A DNA stretch of 64,000 nucleotides from Ignavibacteriaceae bacterium (GCA_046705645.1 JBJKQE010000063.1:12486-76485); one strand, 5' to 3'. Counted from the stretch's first letter, positions 26,128 to 35,749 are shown. Made by a program: numbers and translations. Notes: a model not told the origin generated them from the letters alone.

Positions 26128-26910
26128 ATGAAGGAATTTTGGCTTACTATCGCTTTGAGTATTTTTACAATCTTTTCAATCCAACCACAAACAATTAATG
26201 GTAAATTTTTGATAGTTGGTGAAAACGACACCAGTTACACGGTAAAATTGCAATTAAATGTTCAGCAATCAAATGCGTTGCTGGGTAACTCGGTTATACG
26301 CTTTACTTATGATACGAACTCAGTTTATTTTCCGCAAAATCCTACAGAAAATAAGGATTACAATATTTATAATCTAACTAGTTCTAACTACGTATATTCT
26401 ATTTCTCATCCATCATCAAATACCATATCAATAAATATAGCACTGATAATAGGAAAAGGAACTGAAATTGGAGATACTGCGACTGATATTGCTACGATAT
26501 ATTTTTCTAAAATTAAACAGGGTGGCGATATAAATGTTCAACCAACAATAATGCAATTCTTCAGCCCGGGGTCTGCTACTTTATGGTCTGTAGGAACTTG
26601 GAATGATGAGATTTTAACTTCTGTCGGTCAAAGTGGAAACTCTCCAACAAAATTTGAACTGAACCAGAATTACCCGAATCCTTTTAATCCTTCTACGACA
26701 ATAAAATACCAAATTCCTAAAGCCGGTATGGTATCAATAAAAGTTTATGACATCCTAGGGCAGGAAGTTGCAATTTTGGTAAATGAAATAAAAAATTCCG
26801 GCAGTTACCAAGTTAATTTTAACGCAAGTAAATTAGCCAGCGGCACATATATTTACAGGCTGCAAGCCGGTTCTTTTGTTCAGACAAAGAAAATGCTTCT
26901 GCTGAAATAA
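26128..26910 (+). CDS. T9SS cargo protein: the same cohesin-like N-module joined directly to a T9SS C-terminal sorting domain
   Basis: The N-module is paralogous to residues about 22-165 of 24092..25882 (FLIVGENDTSYTVKLQLNVQQSNALLGNSVIRFTYDTNSVYFP vs FLVTESNDTAYTVILQLSVNQNTSLLGNSVVRFSYDTNAFYFP). The C-terminus is QNYPNPFNPSTTIKY...YIYRLQAGSFVQTKKMLLLK. Confidence 0.85.
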   Translation: MKEFWLTIALSIFTIFSIQPQTINGKFLIVGENDTSYTVKLQLNVQQSNALLGNSVIRFTYDTNSVYFPQNPTENKDYNIYNLTSSNYVYSISHPSSNTISINIALIIGKGTEIGDTATDIATIYFSKIKQGGDINVQPTIMQFFSPGSATLWSVGTWNDEILTSVGQSGNSPTKFELNQNYPNPFNPSTTIKYQIPKAGMVSIKVYDILGQEVAILVNEIKNSGSYQVNFNASKLASGTYIYRLQAGSFVQTKKMLLLK

Positions 26911-27178
26911 TTTTGTAAAAACAAGACACCCTGTGTTTTTAATGCACTAGGTACCTGAGAAGCTTTAATTTTCTCATATTTATTCAACAAAAGTTTGAGG
27001 GCTCTGGAAGGCAATCTGTAATTACAAATTGCTTTTCAGTTAGCCTTCGGCGACATTTAAAATTATAAATATTTTAAACTGTTCCAATTCCACATCTTAA
27101 TTCTTACTTCCCCTTAGAAAAGCAAATGTTAGAAAGGGCGATTCAGAAGAAAAATTACTTTTATAAAAGGGATACGAA

Positions 27179-28336
27179 ATGAAAAATTCACTTTTAAAAC
27201 ATTCAGTCTTTATAATTCTAATTTTTTGTACCTCAAATATTTATGCACAAGTGATTATAATTAATCACAACTGCATTAATTTGTCACAAATCCAGGATAA
27301 ATTGATTGATAGTGCTAAGGCTAAGCTGCACATAGCATATGGACACACTTCGCATGGGAGCCAGTTAATTGACGGGATGAACGGTTTGCATTCATGGAAA
27401 GGAGATTTGTATGCTTTCGGCAGCAGCGGCTATAGTAATGAGCTTGAAGTACATGATTATGCTTTTAATGATTACGGTGGTTTTGACCTCGGCAATCCGG
27501 ATAGAATAACCTGGGCTCAAGCAACAAGGGATTATCTTAATAATTCCGATAATAATAATATAAATGTCGTTATCTGGAGCTGGTGCGGGGAAGTAAGCAG
27601 TGCTGACTCAAACGATATTGTTACTTACTTAAATTTAATGTCCAATCTGGAAATTGATTACCCTAAGGTTGTATTCGTCTATATGACCGGACATCTTGAC
27701 GGTACAGGTTTATATGGGAATTTAAACAAAAGGAATGAGCAAATAAGAAAGTATTGCAAAAACAATAATAAAGTATTATACGACTTTGCAGATATTGAAT
27801 CTTATGATCTGGAAGGTAATTTTTATATGGACAAATTAGCGAACGATGCATGCGATTATGACAGTGACGGTGATTTAGTTAGAGATAAAAATTGGGCGAC
27901 GGATTGGCAGGATAGTCATGTTGAAGGAGTAGATTGGTTTAATTGCGGTGCGGCGCATTCCAAACCTCTTAATGCAAATATGAAGGCTTATGCTGCCTGG
28001 TGGCTTTGGACTTCAATTGCAAATTTAAAAATCATTACAAAAATTAACACAGCAAATTCAAAAACATTTAAATTTTCGTTGGAACAGAATTATCCAAATC
28101 CCTTCAATCCGACTACTATGATAAGATACTCTATCCCGGAGGTGAGTAATGTACCGGTAAGTTTAAAAATATACGATATTCTCGGCAGAGAAGTTGAAAC
28201 TTTATTAAATAGAGATCAAAAAGCAGGAAATTATGAAGTTGAGTTTAATGCAGGCAAATATACAAGCGGAATGTACATTTATAAGTTAACGGCAGGTAAT
28301 TTTAATTCAATTAAAAAGATGATGCTGGTGAAGTAA
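27179..28336 (+). CDS. T9SS cargo protein with an uncharacterised ~280-aa N-terminal domain
   Basis: Signal peptide, then the conserved-looking blocks IAYGHTSHGSQL, VVIWSWCGE and YMTGHLDG. The C-terminus is QNYPNPFNPTTMIRY...YIYKLTAGNFNSIKKMMLVK. Confidence 0.8.
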   Translation: MKNSLLKHSVFIILIFCTSNIYAQVIIINHNCINLSQIQDKLIDSAKAKLHIAYGHTSHGSQLIDGMNGLHSWKGDLYAFGSSGYSNELEVHDYAFNDYGGFDLGNPDRITWAQATRDYLNNSDNNNINVVIWSWCGEVSSADSNDIVTYLNLMSNLEIDYPKVVFVYMTGHLDGTGLYGNLNKRNEQIRKYCKNNNKVLYDFADIESYDLEGNFYMDKLANDACDYDSDGDLVRDKNWATDWQDSHVEGVDWFNCGAAHSKPLNANMKAYAAWWLWTSIANLKIITKINTANSKTFKFSLEQNYPNPFNPTTMIRYSIPEVSNVPVSLKIYDILGREVETLLNRDQKAGNYEVEFNAGKYTSGMYIYKLTAGNFNSIKKMMLVK

Positions 28337-28367
28337 CAAATTGAATCTTAAAGAAATTTGATATTTG

Positions 28368-28442
28368 TACCCCGGAGAGGATTCGAACCTCCGACCAACA
28401 GTTTAGGAAACTGCTGCTCTATCCATGCTGAGCTACCGGGGC
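28368..28442 (-). tRNA. tRNA-Arg (anticodon CCT)
   Basis: Manual cloverleaf: GCCCCGG-TA-GCTC-AGCATGGATA-GAGC-A-GCAGT-TTCCTAA-ACTGT-TGGTC-GGAGG-TTCGAAT-CCTCT-CCGGGGT-A. A20 is present in the D-loop. CCA is not encoded. Confidence 0.9.
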
Positions 28443-28537
28443 ATATTTTCAAAGAAACTTTTTCTTTACAAAAATAAGCAACTTATAAAATATTAAAAAG
28501 TAAGGATCAATCTCGAATAAGACAATTTATAACTAAA

Positions 28538-30367
28538 TTAATGTATTGAATAAAATTTATAAATTTTAAAACTTTCAGGAAGTATTTGAATCTGCATTTT
28601 AGCTCCTATTTCCGGCGAACCGGATATATTCCCTTTTTCTCCTGTTATCAATTCTTCATATAAATATTTATTACCGTTTAACGGCAAATCGAACTCATCG
28701 GTTTTATTTCCGGCATTAAATACTGCTATAATTTTATTCGAATTATAATCTCTTTCAAATGCAAATGTATTTCTTTTATCATTCGAATATAAAAAGTTTA
28801 ATGATCCGAATTTTAGTGCAGGATTATCATTTCTAATTTGAATAATTTTTTTATAAAAAGACAAAAGCTTTTTATCCTGTTCTACTTTATAAATTCCAAA
28901 TCCTTTTTTAAAACCCGATGCCGGAGTAATCACTTGATCATCATACTTTAAATTATCCCACACCATCGGCTGCCTGTCGTCAGGATCATCTGCACCCCAC
29001 ATTCCAACTTCATCACCATAATATATCATTGGAGCCCCGCGGTATGTCATCTGGAATACAGCTATCAATTCCTGCTTTTTATAATCAGCCGATGTAGGTT
29101 TTCCGACATAATAATTCGGATTTTTTCCGTCTGCATCATGATCATATTTTCTATCAGGATTAGCTATCATCGATGCTATCCTTTCGGTATCATGACTATC
29201 GACAAGATTCTGTAAAATATCCAAATTCCTTTGAGGGTAAGATTTATCTATCTCATGAAGCTTTTTTATGAACTCACCTGCCGTAATTTTATTTTTATTT
29301 GCAATAAAAAATTGATCGACTGCAAAAGCAAAACTATAATTCATCAGTGCATCGAAAGGGCCATTTTTAGTTATGTATTCCGGGTATAATCCCCAAAGTT
29401 CACCGGTAATAAATGCCTGAGGATTTATTGATTTAACCAGATTTCTCCAGCTCTTCCAAAAGCCAAACGGTATTTCGTTAGCTACATCAAGTCTCCAGCC
29501 GTCAATGCCATCGGATGGATCACCGTCATTATTGGGATCCATCCATCTTTTTGTAATATAAAAGATATACTGTTTAGGGCCCGGCGCAAGATCGTTCTCC
29601 GTTCTGTTAAATTCCGGTAATGATTTTACTCCTGCCCATCCTTTATAATCAAGCTTATTATTTTTATCGTTGAATGAAGTTATCTCATACCAATTTTTAA
29701 ATTTAGATTTTTCTCTATTTTTGATTATATCCTGAAAAGCCCAGAAATGTTCACCGGTATGATTAAACACGCCGTCGATTATTATTTTCATTCCCCGCTT
29801 ATGAACTTCTTCAATTAATTTAAGAAATAGTCTGTCTGCCGAAGTCCATTTCCATGTAGAGGGATCATCCGGATCCTCCGCAGCAATTATCTTTTTATCT
29901 CCTTCCGGATCAGGACCGAAATTCACATCTATATGATGGTAAGTTGAAGCATCATATTTATGGAGCGATACTGCATCAAAGATTGGATTAAGATAAATAG
30001 CGCTGATTCCCAAATTCTTTAAATAATCCAAATGATCTATTATTCCCTGAAGATCCCCGCCGTATCTTCTTTCATATAAATGACTTCTAAAACTGCCTCC
30101 TAATTTTCTTTCCCACTTCGATTCTGCGAACCAATCGCCTGTCCAATTAGTTACTTTCCAGCCCGGAATTTTTCTCCCTGATTCAATATCAACTTTATCA
30201 ACAAGCGAGGAATCGTTTGAGGTATCCCCGTCTGCAAATCTTTCCGGGAAAATTTGATACCAGACAATGCCTCTAGCCCATTCGGGGAATTTATCTTGAG
30301 CCTGGATATTTTGAGACAGGATTAAAGCACCAACCAGCAAGAATAAAATACACGTTAATTTTTTCAT
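28538..30367 (-). CDS. Secreted GH13 alpha-amylase-family enzyme (neopullulanase / cyclomaltodextrinase-like)
   Basis: GH13 conserved regions IIDGVFNHTG, GWRLDVANE, ITGELWG and LVDSHDTER, plus a signal peptide. Confidence 0.9.
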   Translation of the reverse strand: MKKLTCILFLLVGALILSQNIQAQDKFPEWARGIVWYQIFPERFADGDTSNDSSLVDKVDIESGRKIPGWKVTNWTGDWFAESKWERKLGGSFRSHLYERRYGGDLQGIIDHLDYLKNLGISAIYLNPIFDAVSLHKYDASTYHHIDVNFGPDPEGDKKIIAAEDPDDPSTWKWTSADRLFLKLIEEVHKRGMKIIIDGVFNHTGEHFWAFQDIIKNREKSKFKNWYEITSFNDKNNKLDYKGWAGVKSLPEFNRTENDLAPGPKQYIFYITKRWMDPNNDGDPSDGIDGWRLDVANEIPFGFWKSWRNLVKSINPQAFITGELWGLYPEYITKNGPFDALMNYSFAFAVDQFFIANKNKITAGEFIKKLHEIDKSYPQRNLDILQNLVDSHDTERIASMIANPDRKYDHDADGKNPNYYVGKPTSADYKKQELIAVFQMTYRGAPMIYYGDEVGMWGADDPDDRQPMVWDNLKYDDQVITPASGFKKGFGIYKVEQDKKLLSFYKKIIQIRNDNPALKFGSLNFLYSNDKRNTFAFERDYNSNKIIAVFNAGNKTDEFDLPLNGNKYLYEELITGEKGNISGSPEIGAKMQIQILPESFKIYKFYSIH

Positions 30368-31275
30368 AAAGAAAATTCTCTCTTCATAATTGCAAGTGAT
30401 TCCAAAATGCTATGAGGCTGATAACCGAGTTCAGTTTCGGCTTTAAGTGTTATTAAACCCGATTTTAAAGGCCTTGGAGCAGGCTGGTTTAATTCTTCCG
30501 TCTTAATTGAATTTATTAAATCTTTATCGAGATTAAAAAAATCCGCAATTAAAAGAGTAAAATCGAAACGTGAGAGAAATTCCTTACCGCCTATATTGTA
30601 TATGCCCTGTTTTCTAAATTCTATTATTTTATTAATTGCAATAACAAGATCATCTAAAAAAGTCGGATTATTTATTTGATCAGTCACAATTCTTATTCTT
30701 TCACCGGAACGGACAGAATTAATCACCCACCTGACAAAATCCGGCCTGCTGTCTGCAATGCCGTATAAAACATTGGTTCGTATTATTGAATTCATCGATC
30801 CGCTAATTTTCAAAGCATTTTCACTAGCCAATTTAGTTCTGCCGTAATATCCCAAAGGATTAGGTTTGGCAGTTTCGTTATAAGGTCCGCTTTTTCCGTC
30901 GAAAATATAGTCGGAAGAAATATGCACCAAATGAGCATCCAGCACACGACAAGTTTCCGCCAGATATTCAACTCCTTTAACATTAAGTTTCCATGCCTGT
31001 TCACGTTCGGTTTCGCTTCTATCAACATTTGTATATGCCGCCGTATTCACGATAAAATCAGGGTAAAAATCAAATACTACCCTTTTAATACTTTCCCTTT
31101 TTGTTAAATCGCAGCAGACGTATTCAGTACCATTGAATACCGGCGACGGTTCTATTGAGCATCCAAGCAGTTCAATATTTTCCTTTTGGGAATAAAAATT
31201 TATTACCCTTTGACCCAGCATACCGTTGGCACCAACAACGAGTATTCTTTTTTTAATTAAATCGTTTGAATACAT
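30364..31275 (-). CDS. rfbD: dTDP-4-dehydrorhamnose reductase (RmlD family SDR)
   Basis: Rossmann motif VVGANGMLG, SSDYIFDG, and YGRTKLASE (YxxxK). The stop overlaps the GH13 start by 4 nt. Confidence 0.8.
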   Translation of the reverse strand: MYSNDLIKKRILVVGANGMLGQRVINFYSQKENIELLGCSIEPSPVFNGTEYVCCDLTKRESIKRVVFDFYPDFIVNTAAYTNVDRSETEREQAWKLNVKGVEYLAETCRVLDAHLVHISSDYIFDGKSGPYNETAKPNPLGYYGRTKLASENALKISGSMNSIIRTNVLYGIADSRPDFVRWVINSVRSGERIRIVTDQINNPTFLDDLVIAINKIIEFRKQGIYNIGGKEFLSRFDFTLLIADFFNLDKDLINSIKTEELNQPAPRPLKSGLITLKAETELGYQPHSILESLAIMKREFSL

Positions 31276-32140
31276 CTTTTTTTAATTCTGAAAAATTTTT
31301 TAACTCTTTATATGAAGCTGCACAACCAGCAGCAATGTTAGCAATTGTCAACGATTCATTTATATTTTTTGTTTTAATATAATGATAAAAAAATATTGCA
31401 CCAAAAACATCCCCGCATCCAATCATATTTTTAGATTCAATTTTAATTGAAGATTTAAATGTCGAAATAATTTCTTTCCCGTTCATACTAAAAATTTTTG
31501 CTCCCGAGTCTCCTTTTGTAACAATTAGATATTTTACACCGAAACTCAAAATTTCTCTAGCTATTTCCAGTTCACTTGAATTGTCACTCAAAGTTTTCAA
31601 TTCGCTTTCATTAGCTTGAATTATATCCGCTGACGCAGCCCACTCATTAAATAATGGAATCTTCCTGAATTCCCTTTTTAAGTTTTCATCAAGTCCTCGT
31701 GAAAGAGTATGAATATCAATATAAATTAAACCTTTATATGCTTTTCGAATATTTTTTATTTGATCCAGGCTAATATCAAAGCCGGTAATCATATTAATCA
31801 ATACACCGTCAAATATGTTTAATCCGTTCGTATTTATCTCCAAACCCTGTGAAATACTTTCATAAGTTTCACCGCGTTCTTTAAAATTATGCAGAGTTAA
31901 ATATACTTTTGGTATCCTATTAACAAACTTAATATGATCTTTCTCAAAACTTTCGTAAACATCAGAGAACAAACCATAATTATCCTTTTCAACTGCAGTA
32001 TTAAGAAATATTTTATCGTCTTCACAGGCATAATTTTTTAAAGCCAAGGCTGTGTAAAATATTCCTCCCGGATTTATTTTCTCAATACCTTCTTCATTTA
32101 TATGATCTTCAACTGAGTGGCCAATAATTAATAATTTCAT
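31253..32140 (-). CDS. PfkB-family (ribokinase-like) carbohydrate kinase
   Basis: 295 aa with N-terminal GGIFYTALAL and the C-terminal anion-hole motif GCGDVFGAIFFY. Overlaps the rmlD-like start by 23 nt. Confidence 0.75.
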   Translation of the reverse strand: MKLLIIGHSVEDHINEEGIEKINPGGIFYTALALKNYACEDDKIFLNTAVEKDNYGLFSDVYESFEKDHIKFVNRIPKVYLTLHNFKERGETYESISQGLEINTNGLNIFDGVLINMITGFDISLDQIKNIRKAYKGLIYIDIHTLSRGLDENLKREFRKIPLFNEWAASADIIQANESELKTLSDNSSELEIAREILSFGVKYLIVTKGDSGAKIFSMNGKEIISTFKSSIKIESKNMIGCGDVFGAIFFYHYIKTKNINESLTIANIAAGCAASYKELKNFSELKKDVFKRFN

Positions 32141-32289
32141 AATATGTTAATTAAAGTATTTTTAAGTGATTATCGGCAAAACGAATTTCAGTATGTATGT
32201 AAATCCGATTATTAATTATAAATTACATTATATTTAGAATTCAAAACAGAATATTTAATTTCAATCAAAATTACAGAAATTATAAGTTT

Positions 32290-33414
32290 ATGAAAATAGG
32301 TATTACTTGTTATCCTACTTATGGAGGAAGCGGAGTAATAGCAACCGAATTGGGTAAAGCTTTGGCATTAAGAGGCCACAAAGTTCATTTTATAAGTTAC
32401 GCACTTCCATTCAGATTAACACATTTTGTCGAGAATGTTGTTTTCCACGAAGTAGAAATGAGCAATTATCCCCTTTTTGAATTCCCGCTATATAGCCTGG
32501 CACTCGCAAGTAAGATGGTAGAAGTTGCCGAATATGAAAAATTGGATTTGTTTCATGTACATTACGCTATACCGCATGCAACAAGCGCATATTTGGCTAA
32601 GCAAATGCTGAATAAAAATAAAAAACTTAAAGTGATCACTACATTACATGGAACCGACATAACATTAGTAGGCCTTGAACCAACATTTCTTCCCCTGGTT
32701 AAGTTCAGTACCGAACAGAGTGACGGCGTTACGGCAGTTTCCAGATTCTTAAAAGAAAAAACCATCACCAATTATTCTATTGAAAAAGATATAGAGGTCA
32801 TTCCAAATTTTATTGATTCGGAATTATATAAGCCTAATAAAGACTGTGCATTTAGAGAACATCTAGCCCCAAAAGGCGAAAAAATATTAGTACATACTTC
32901 AAATTTTAGAACCGTAAAGAGAGTTCCGGATACAATTAAAATTTTTGAAAAAGTAATTCAGGAAATTCCATCTAAATTAGTTCTTGTAGGAGATGGACCG
33001 GATAGATCCGAATGTGAAAGATTATGCAGACAGCTTCATTTATGCGATCACATTAAGTTTCTCGGAAAGCAAGACGGATTGGTAGAAATTTTAAATGCTG
33101 CGGATTTATTTTTAATACCATCGCAATCGGAAAGTTTTGGTCTGGCTGCATTGGAAGCAATGGCTTGCGGTGTGCCAGTAGTCAGCTCAAGCGTAGGGGG
33201 ATTACCGGAATTAATTAGACATAACGAAACAGGTTTTATTGCCGAAATTGGAGATGTTAACAGAATGGCTAAATATGCTATTGATCTTTTAACTAATGAC
33301 AGGAAATATAAATTGTTTTCGGAAAATTCTCGAAAAAGAGCGGTTGAAGTTTTTGATAAATCCAAAGTTATTCCGATGTATGAAAATTACTACAAAAAAA
33401 TATTAGAAATGTGA
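32290..33414 (+). CDS. bshA: N-acetyl-alpha-D-glucosaminyl L-malate synthase BshA (GT4, bacillithiol pathway)
   Basis: MKIGITCYPTYGGSGVIATELGKALALRGHKVHFISYALPFRL closely matches the BshA N-terminus as I recall it from Bacillus. The C-terminal ESFGLAALEAMACGVPVV is the GT4 motif. Confidence 0.85.
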   Translation: MKIGITCYPTYGGSGVIATELGKALALRGHKVHFISYALPFRLTHFVENVVFHEVEMSNYPLFEFPLYSLALASKMVEVAEYEKLDLFHVHYAIPHATSAYLAKQMLNKNKKLKVITTLHGTDITLVGLEPTFLPLVKFSTEQSDGVTAVSRFLKEKTITNYSIEKDIEVIPNFIDSELYKPNKDCAFREHLAPKGEKILVHTSNFRTVKRVPDTIKIFEKVIQEIPSKLVLVGDGPDRSECERLCRQLHLCDHIKFLGKQDGLVEILNAADLFLIPSQSESFGLAALEAMACGVPVVSSSVGGLPELIRHNETGFIAEIGDVNRMAKYAIDLLTNDRKYKLFSENSRKRAVEVFDKSKVIPMYENYYKKILEM

Positions 33415-33415
33415 A

Positions 33416-33832
33416 ATGATTATATACTGCGCCGGCCCGATAAAGGGTGACACAAAATATCAGAAATACTACAAAGAAATAATTGATTACTTAATCTCTA
33501 TCGGTCATACAGCATTATCAGAATTAAATGATGATTTTAAAACCAGCGTTCCGTTAACAGCTAAACAAATATTCAAACGGGATATCAAATGGATCGAAAG
33601 CAGTCAATTATTAATTGCTGAAGTTTCAGGGCATAGCCTGGGTGTTGGTTTTGAAGTATCTTATGCGATTTACAAAAAGGAAATCCCTGTCTTGGCACTC
33701 ATTAATGAGAAAGCTTTAAATGAATCAGCTATGATTGTTGGATGTGATTCAAAAAAAATAACAGTAAAAAATTATTCCGATTCAGACGATCTCAAAAAAA
33801 TTATTACTGATTTCGTTAAAAAGAACGGTTAA
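33416..33832 (+). CDS. DNPH1/Rcl-like 2'-deoxynucleoside 5'-phosphate N-hydrolase (nucleoside 2-deoxyribosyltransferase superfamily)
   Basis: IYCAGPIKGD, HSLGVGFEVSYA (catalytic Glu context) and SAMIVG parallel the DNPH1 blocks IYFCGSIRGG, PSLGVGYELGRA and SAMIRG. Confidence 0.7.
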   Translation: MIIYCAGPIKGDTKYQKYYKEIIDYLISIGHTALSELNDDFKTSVPLTAKQIFKRDIKWIESSQLLIAEVSGHSLGVGFEVSYAIYKKEIPVLALINEKALNESAMIVGCDSKKITVKNYSDSDDLKKIITDFVKKNG

Positions 33833-33837
33833 AATAA

Positions 33838-34266
33838 TTGACTGAAAAAGAATTTATTTCAGGCTGGACAAAAAAAATTGAGGAAGCGGGAATTAAAAAC
33901 TTCCCGGATGATTTTATTGAGAATCTAACTACCAAAGAATTTAATTTACCCGGTAAAGCCCTGGTTATCGGGCAAGAATTTTTCGGGTCGTATGAAATTT
34001 TAACAATAGACGGGGATTCGTTTCTTCATGTTAAGAGTTATATTCAAGCAAAATATATTATTTATGCTAATCGCCTAAAACCTAAAATTATTTTAATACC
34101 CCTTACGGAATCCGAAATAAAAACAATTGTCTCTAATTATGAGAATTATTTAGATGAAATCCTTAAGAAAATAAAACTTGATTATAATAAAATCTTCCCC
34201 GATGGGAAAAATTCAATCTTGTCGGCAAATGAAATTTTTAAAATATTAAACCTTACAAGGTACTAA
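33838..34266 (+). CDS. Hypothetical protein
   Basis: 142-aa ORF with a TTG start, tightly packed between operon neighbours. No motif recognised. Confidence 0.5.
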   Translation: MTEKEFISGWTKKIEEAGIKNFPDDFIENLTTKEFNLPGKALVIGQEFFGSYEILTIDGDSFLHVKSYIQAKYIIYANRLKPKIILIPLTESEIKTIVSNYENYLDEILKKIKLDYNKIFPDGKNSILSANEIFKILNLTRY

Positions 34267-34273
34267 AGACAAT

Positions 34274-35707
34274 TTGACGGATATAAGCAATAACATTTTT
34301 ACTTACATAAGCTCATTATACGGAGAAAAAGCTGCAAGGAATTTTGCCGAATTTATAAAAAATGAACATGTACAATATGTAAGGGTTAATTCAATCAAAA
34401 CCGATATTGATAAAATATCCAGAACTCTACTTCATGATTATTCCATTGAAACTGAAAAGCTACCTAATTTAAACAATGCTTTAAGAATAAAAAACCGTAG
34501 TGATATTCTCGGGAAAACAATTGAGCACATTATCGGAGAATATTATATACAAAGCCTTTCTTCAATGATTCCCCCGTTAATTCTAACTCCAAGACCGGAT
34601 GATGTAGTACTCGATTTATGTGCAGCACCGGGATCCAAAACTACTGAACTCGGTGAATTAATGAAAAACAAAGGGACTTTAATAGCTAACGAAATTGCCT
34701 TAGATAGAGTTAAAATGCTTGTATATAATATTGACAGAATGAACTTAATGAATGCGGGTGTAATTCACTATAAAGGAGAATGGCTAAGTAAAATTTATAA
34801 CGAACACTTTGATAAAATATTAGTCGATGCACCGTGCAGCGGTTTAGGCATTGTTCAAAAAAAAGGCGAAATTAACAACTGGTGGTCTTTGGAAAGAGCC
34901 GAAAGATTAGGGGATCTTCAGCTGCGCTTATTAATTGCCGCAATAAAAATGGTTAAAGAAGGCGGTGAAGTAGTATATTCAACATGCACATTAACTCCTG
35001 AAGAAAATGAATTTATAGTTGATAAGGTTCTTCAAAAATATCCGGTGGAAATTGAAGACATAGAGCTGCCTGTGCCTTCGAGAGAAGGTTTTACATCCTA
35101 CCAAGGGAAAAGCCTTAATCCTGCAATTTACAAAGCGAAAAGAATTTTACCATGGGAAGTTGACTCGGATGGCTTTTTTATAGTTAAAATAAAAAAAACC
35201 GGGAAAACAATTTCACCTGAAATGACTCCGCCAAAACCAAGTAAACTTAAAATGCTGAGTTATGAAAAGTCTGAAATAAAAAAACTCCTTGGCAATATAG
35301 AAAATGAATTCGGAATAAGCGGCGATGAATTGAGCAAATTTAAATACATTATAAAAAGGAACGATATTTATTTCATTAAAAAAGAATGGGAAGAAAATTT
35401 CCCGGATATATTTGACAGGATAGGAACTAGGTTCGGTATAATTGATAAAAACGGAGAAGTTATTTTGCATACGCAAGCTTCTCAAGTTTTGCAGCATACA
35501 ATAAATAAAAAGATATTCTTTATTGAAAACCTTGATGATTTAAAAACATATCTTGACGGCGGTACAATTAAAGATAAAAATATTGAACCGGGCCAATGCG
35601 TTGTCAAATATAAAAATGAGATTTTAGGAACCGCTATTGCAACTGCGCAGGGAATAAAAAGCAGATTCCCCCGCTCAAAAAGGACACAAGAAATATTTAT
35701 TCAATAA
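34274..35707 (+). CDS. RsmB/RsmF-family (NOL1/NOP2/Sun) rRNA cytosine-C5 methyltransferase
   Basis: DLCAAPGSKTT (SAM site), DAPCSGLG and YSTCT (catalytic Cys motifs). TTG start. Confidence 0.85.
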   Translation: MTDISNNIFTYISSLYGEKAARNFAEFIKNEHVQYVRVNSIKTDIDKISRTLLHDYSIETEKLPNLNNALRIKNRSDILGKTIEHIIGEYYIQSLSSMIPPLILTPRPDDVVLDLCAAPGSKTTELGELMKNKGTLIANEIALDRVKMLVYNIDRMNLMNAGVIHYKGEWLSKIYNEHFDKILVDAPCSGLGIVQKKGEINNWWSLERAERLGDLQLRLLIAAIKMVKEGGEVVYSTCTLTPEENEFIVDKVLQKYPVEIEDIELPVPSREGFTSYQGKSLNPAIYKAKRILPWEVDSDGFFIVKIKKTGKTISPEMTPPKPSKLKMLSYEKSEIKKLLGNIENEFGISGDELSKFKYIIKRNDIYFIKKEWEENFPDIFDRIGTRFGIIDKNGEVILHTQASQVLQHTINKKIFFIENLDDLKTYLDGGTIKDKNIEPGQCVVKYKNEILGTAIATAQGIKSRFPRSKRTQEIFIQ

Positions 35708-35749
35708 TTTATATAAAATTATAATATCATATTTTCCAATTCCGTCTTT

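Noticed and set aside
25965-26198. 77-aa plus-strand ORF.
   Set aside because: It overlaps the start of the T9SS gene at 26128 in another frame. It has no signal peptide or motif, and the 26128 start gives a proper signal peptide.
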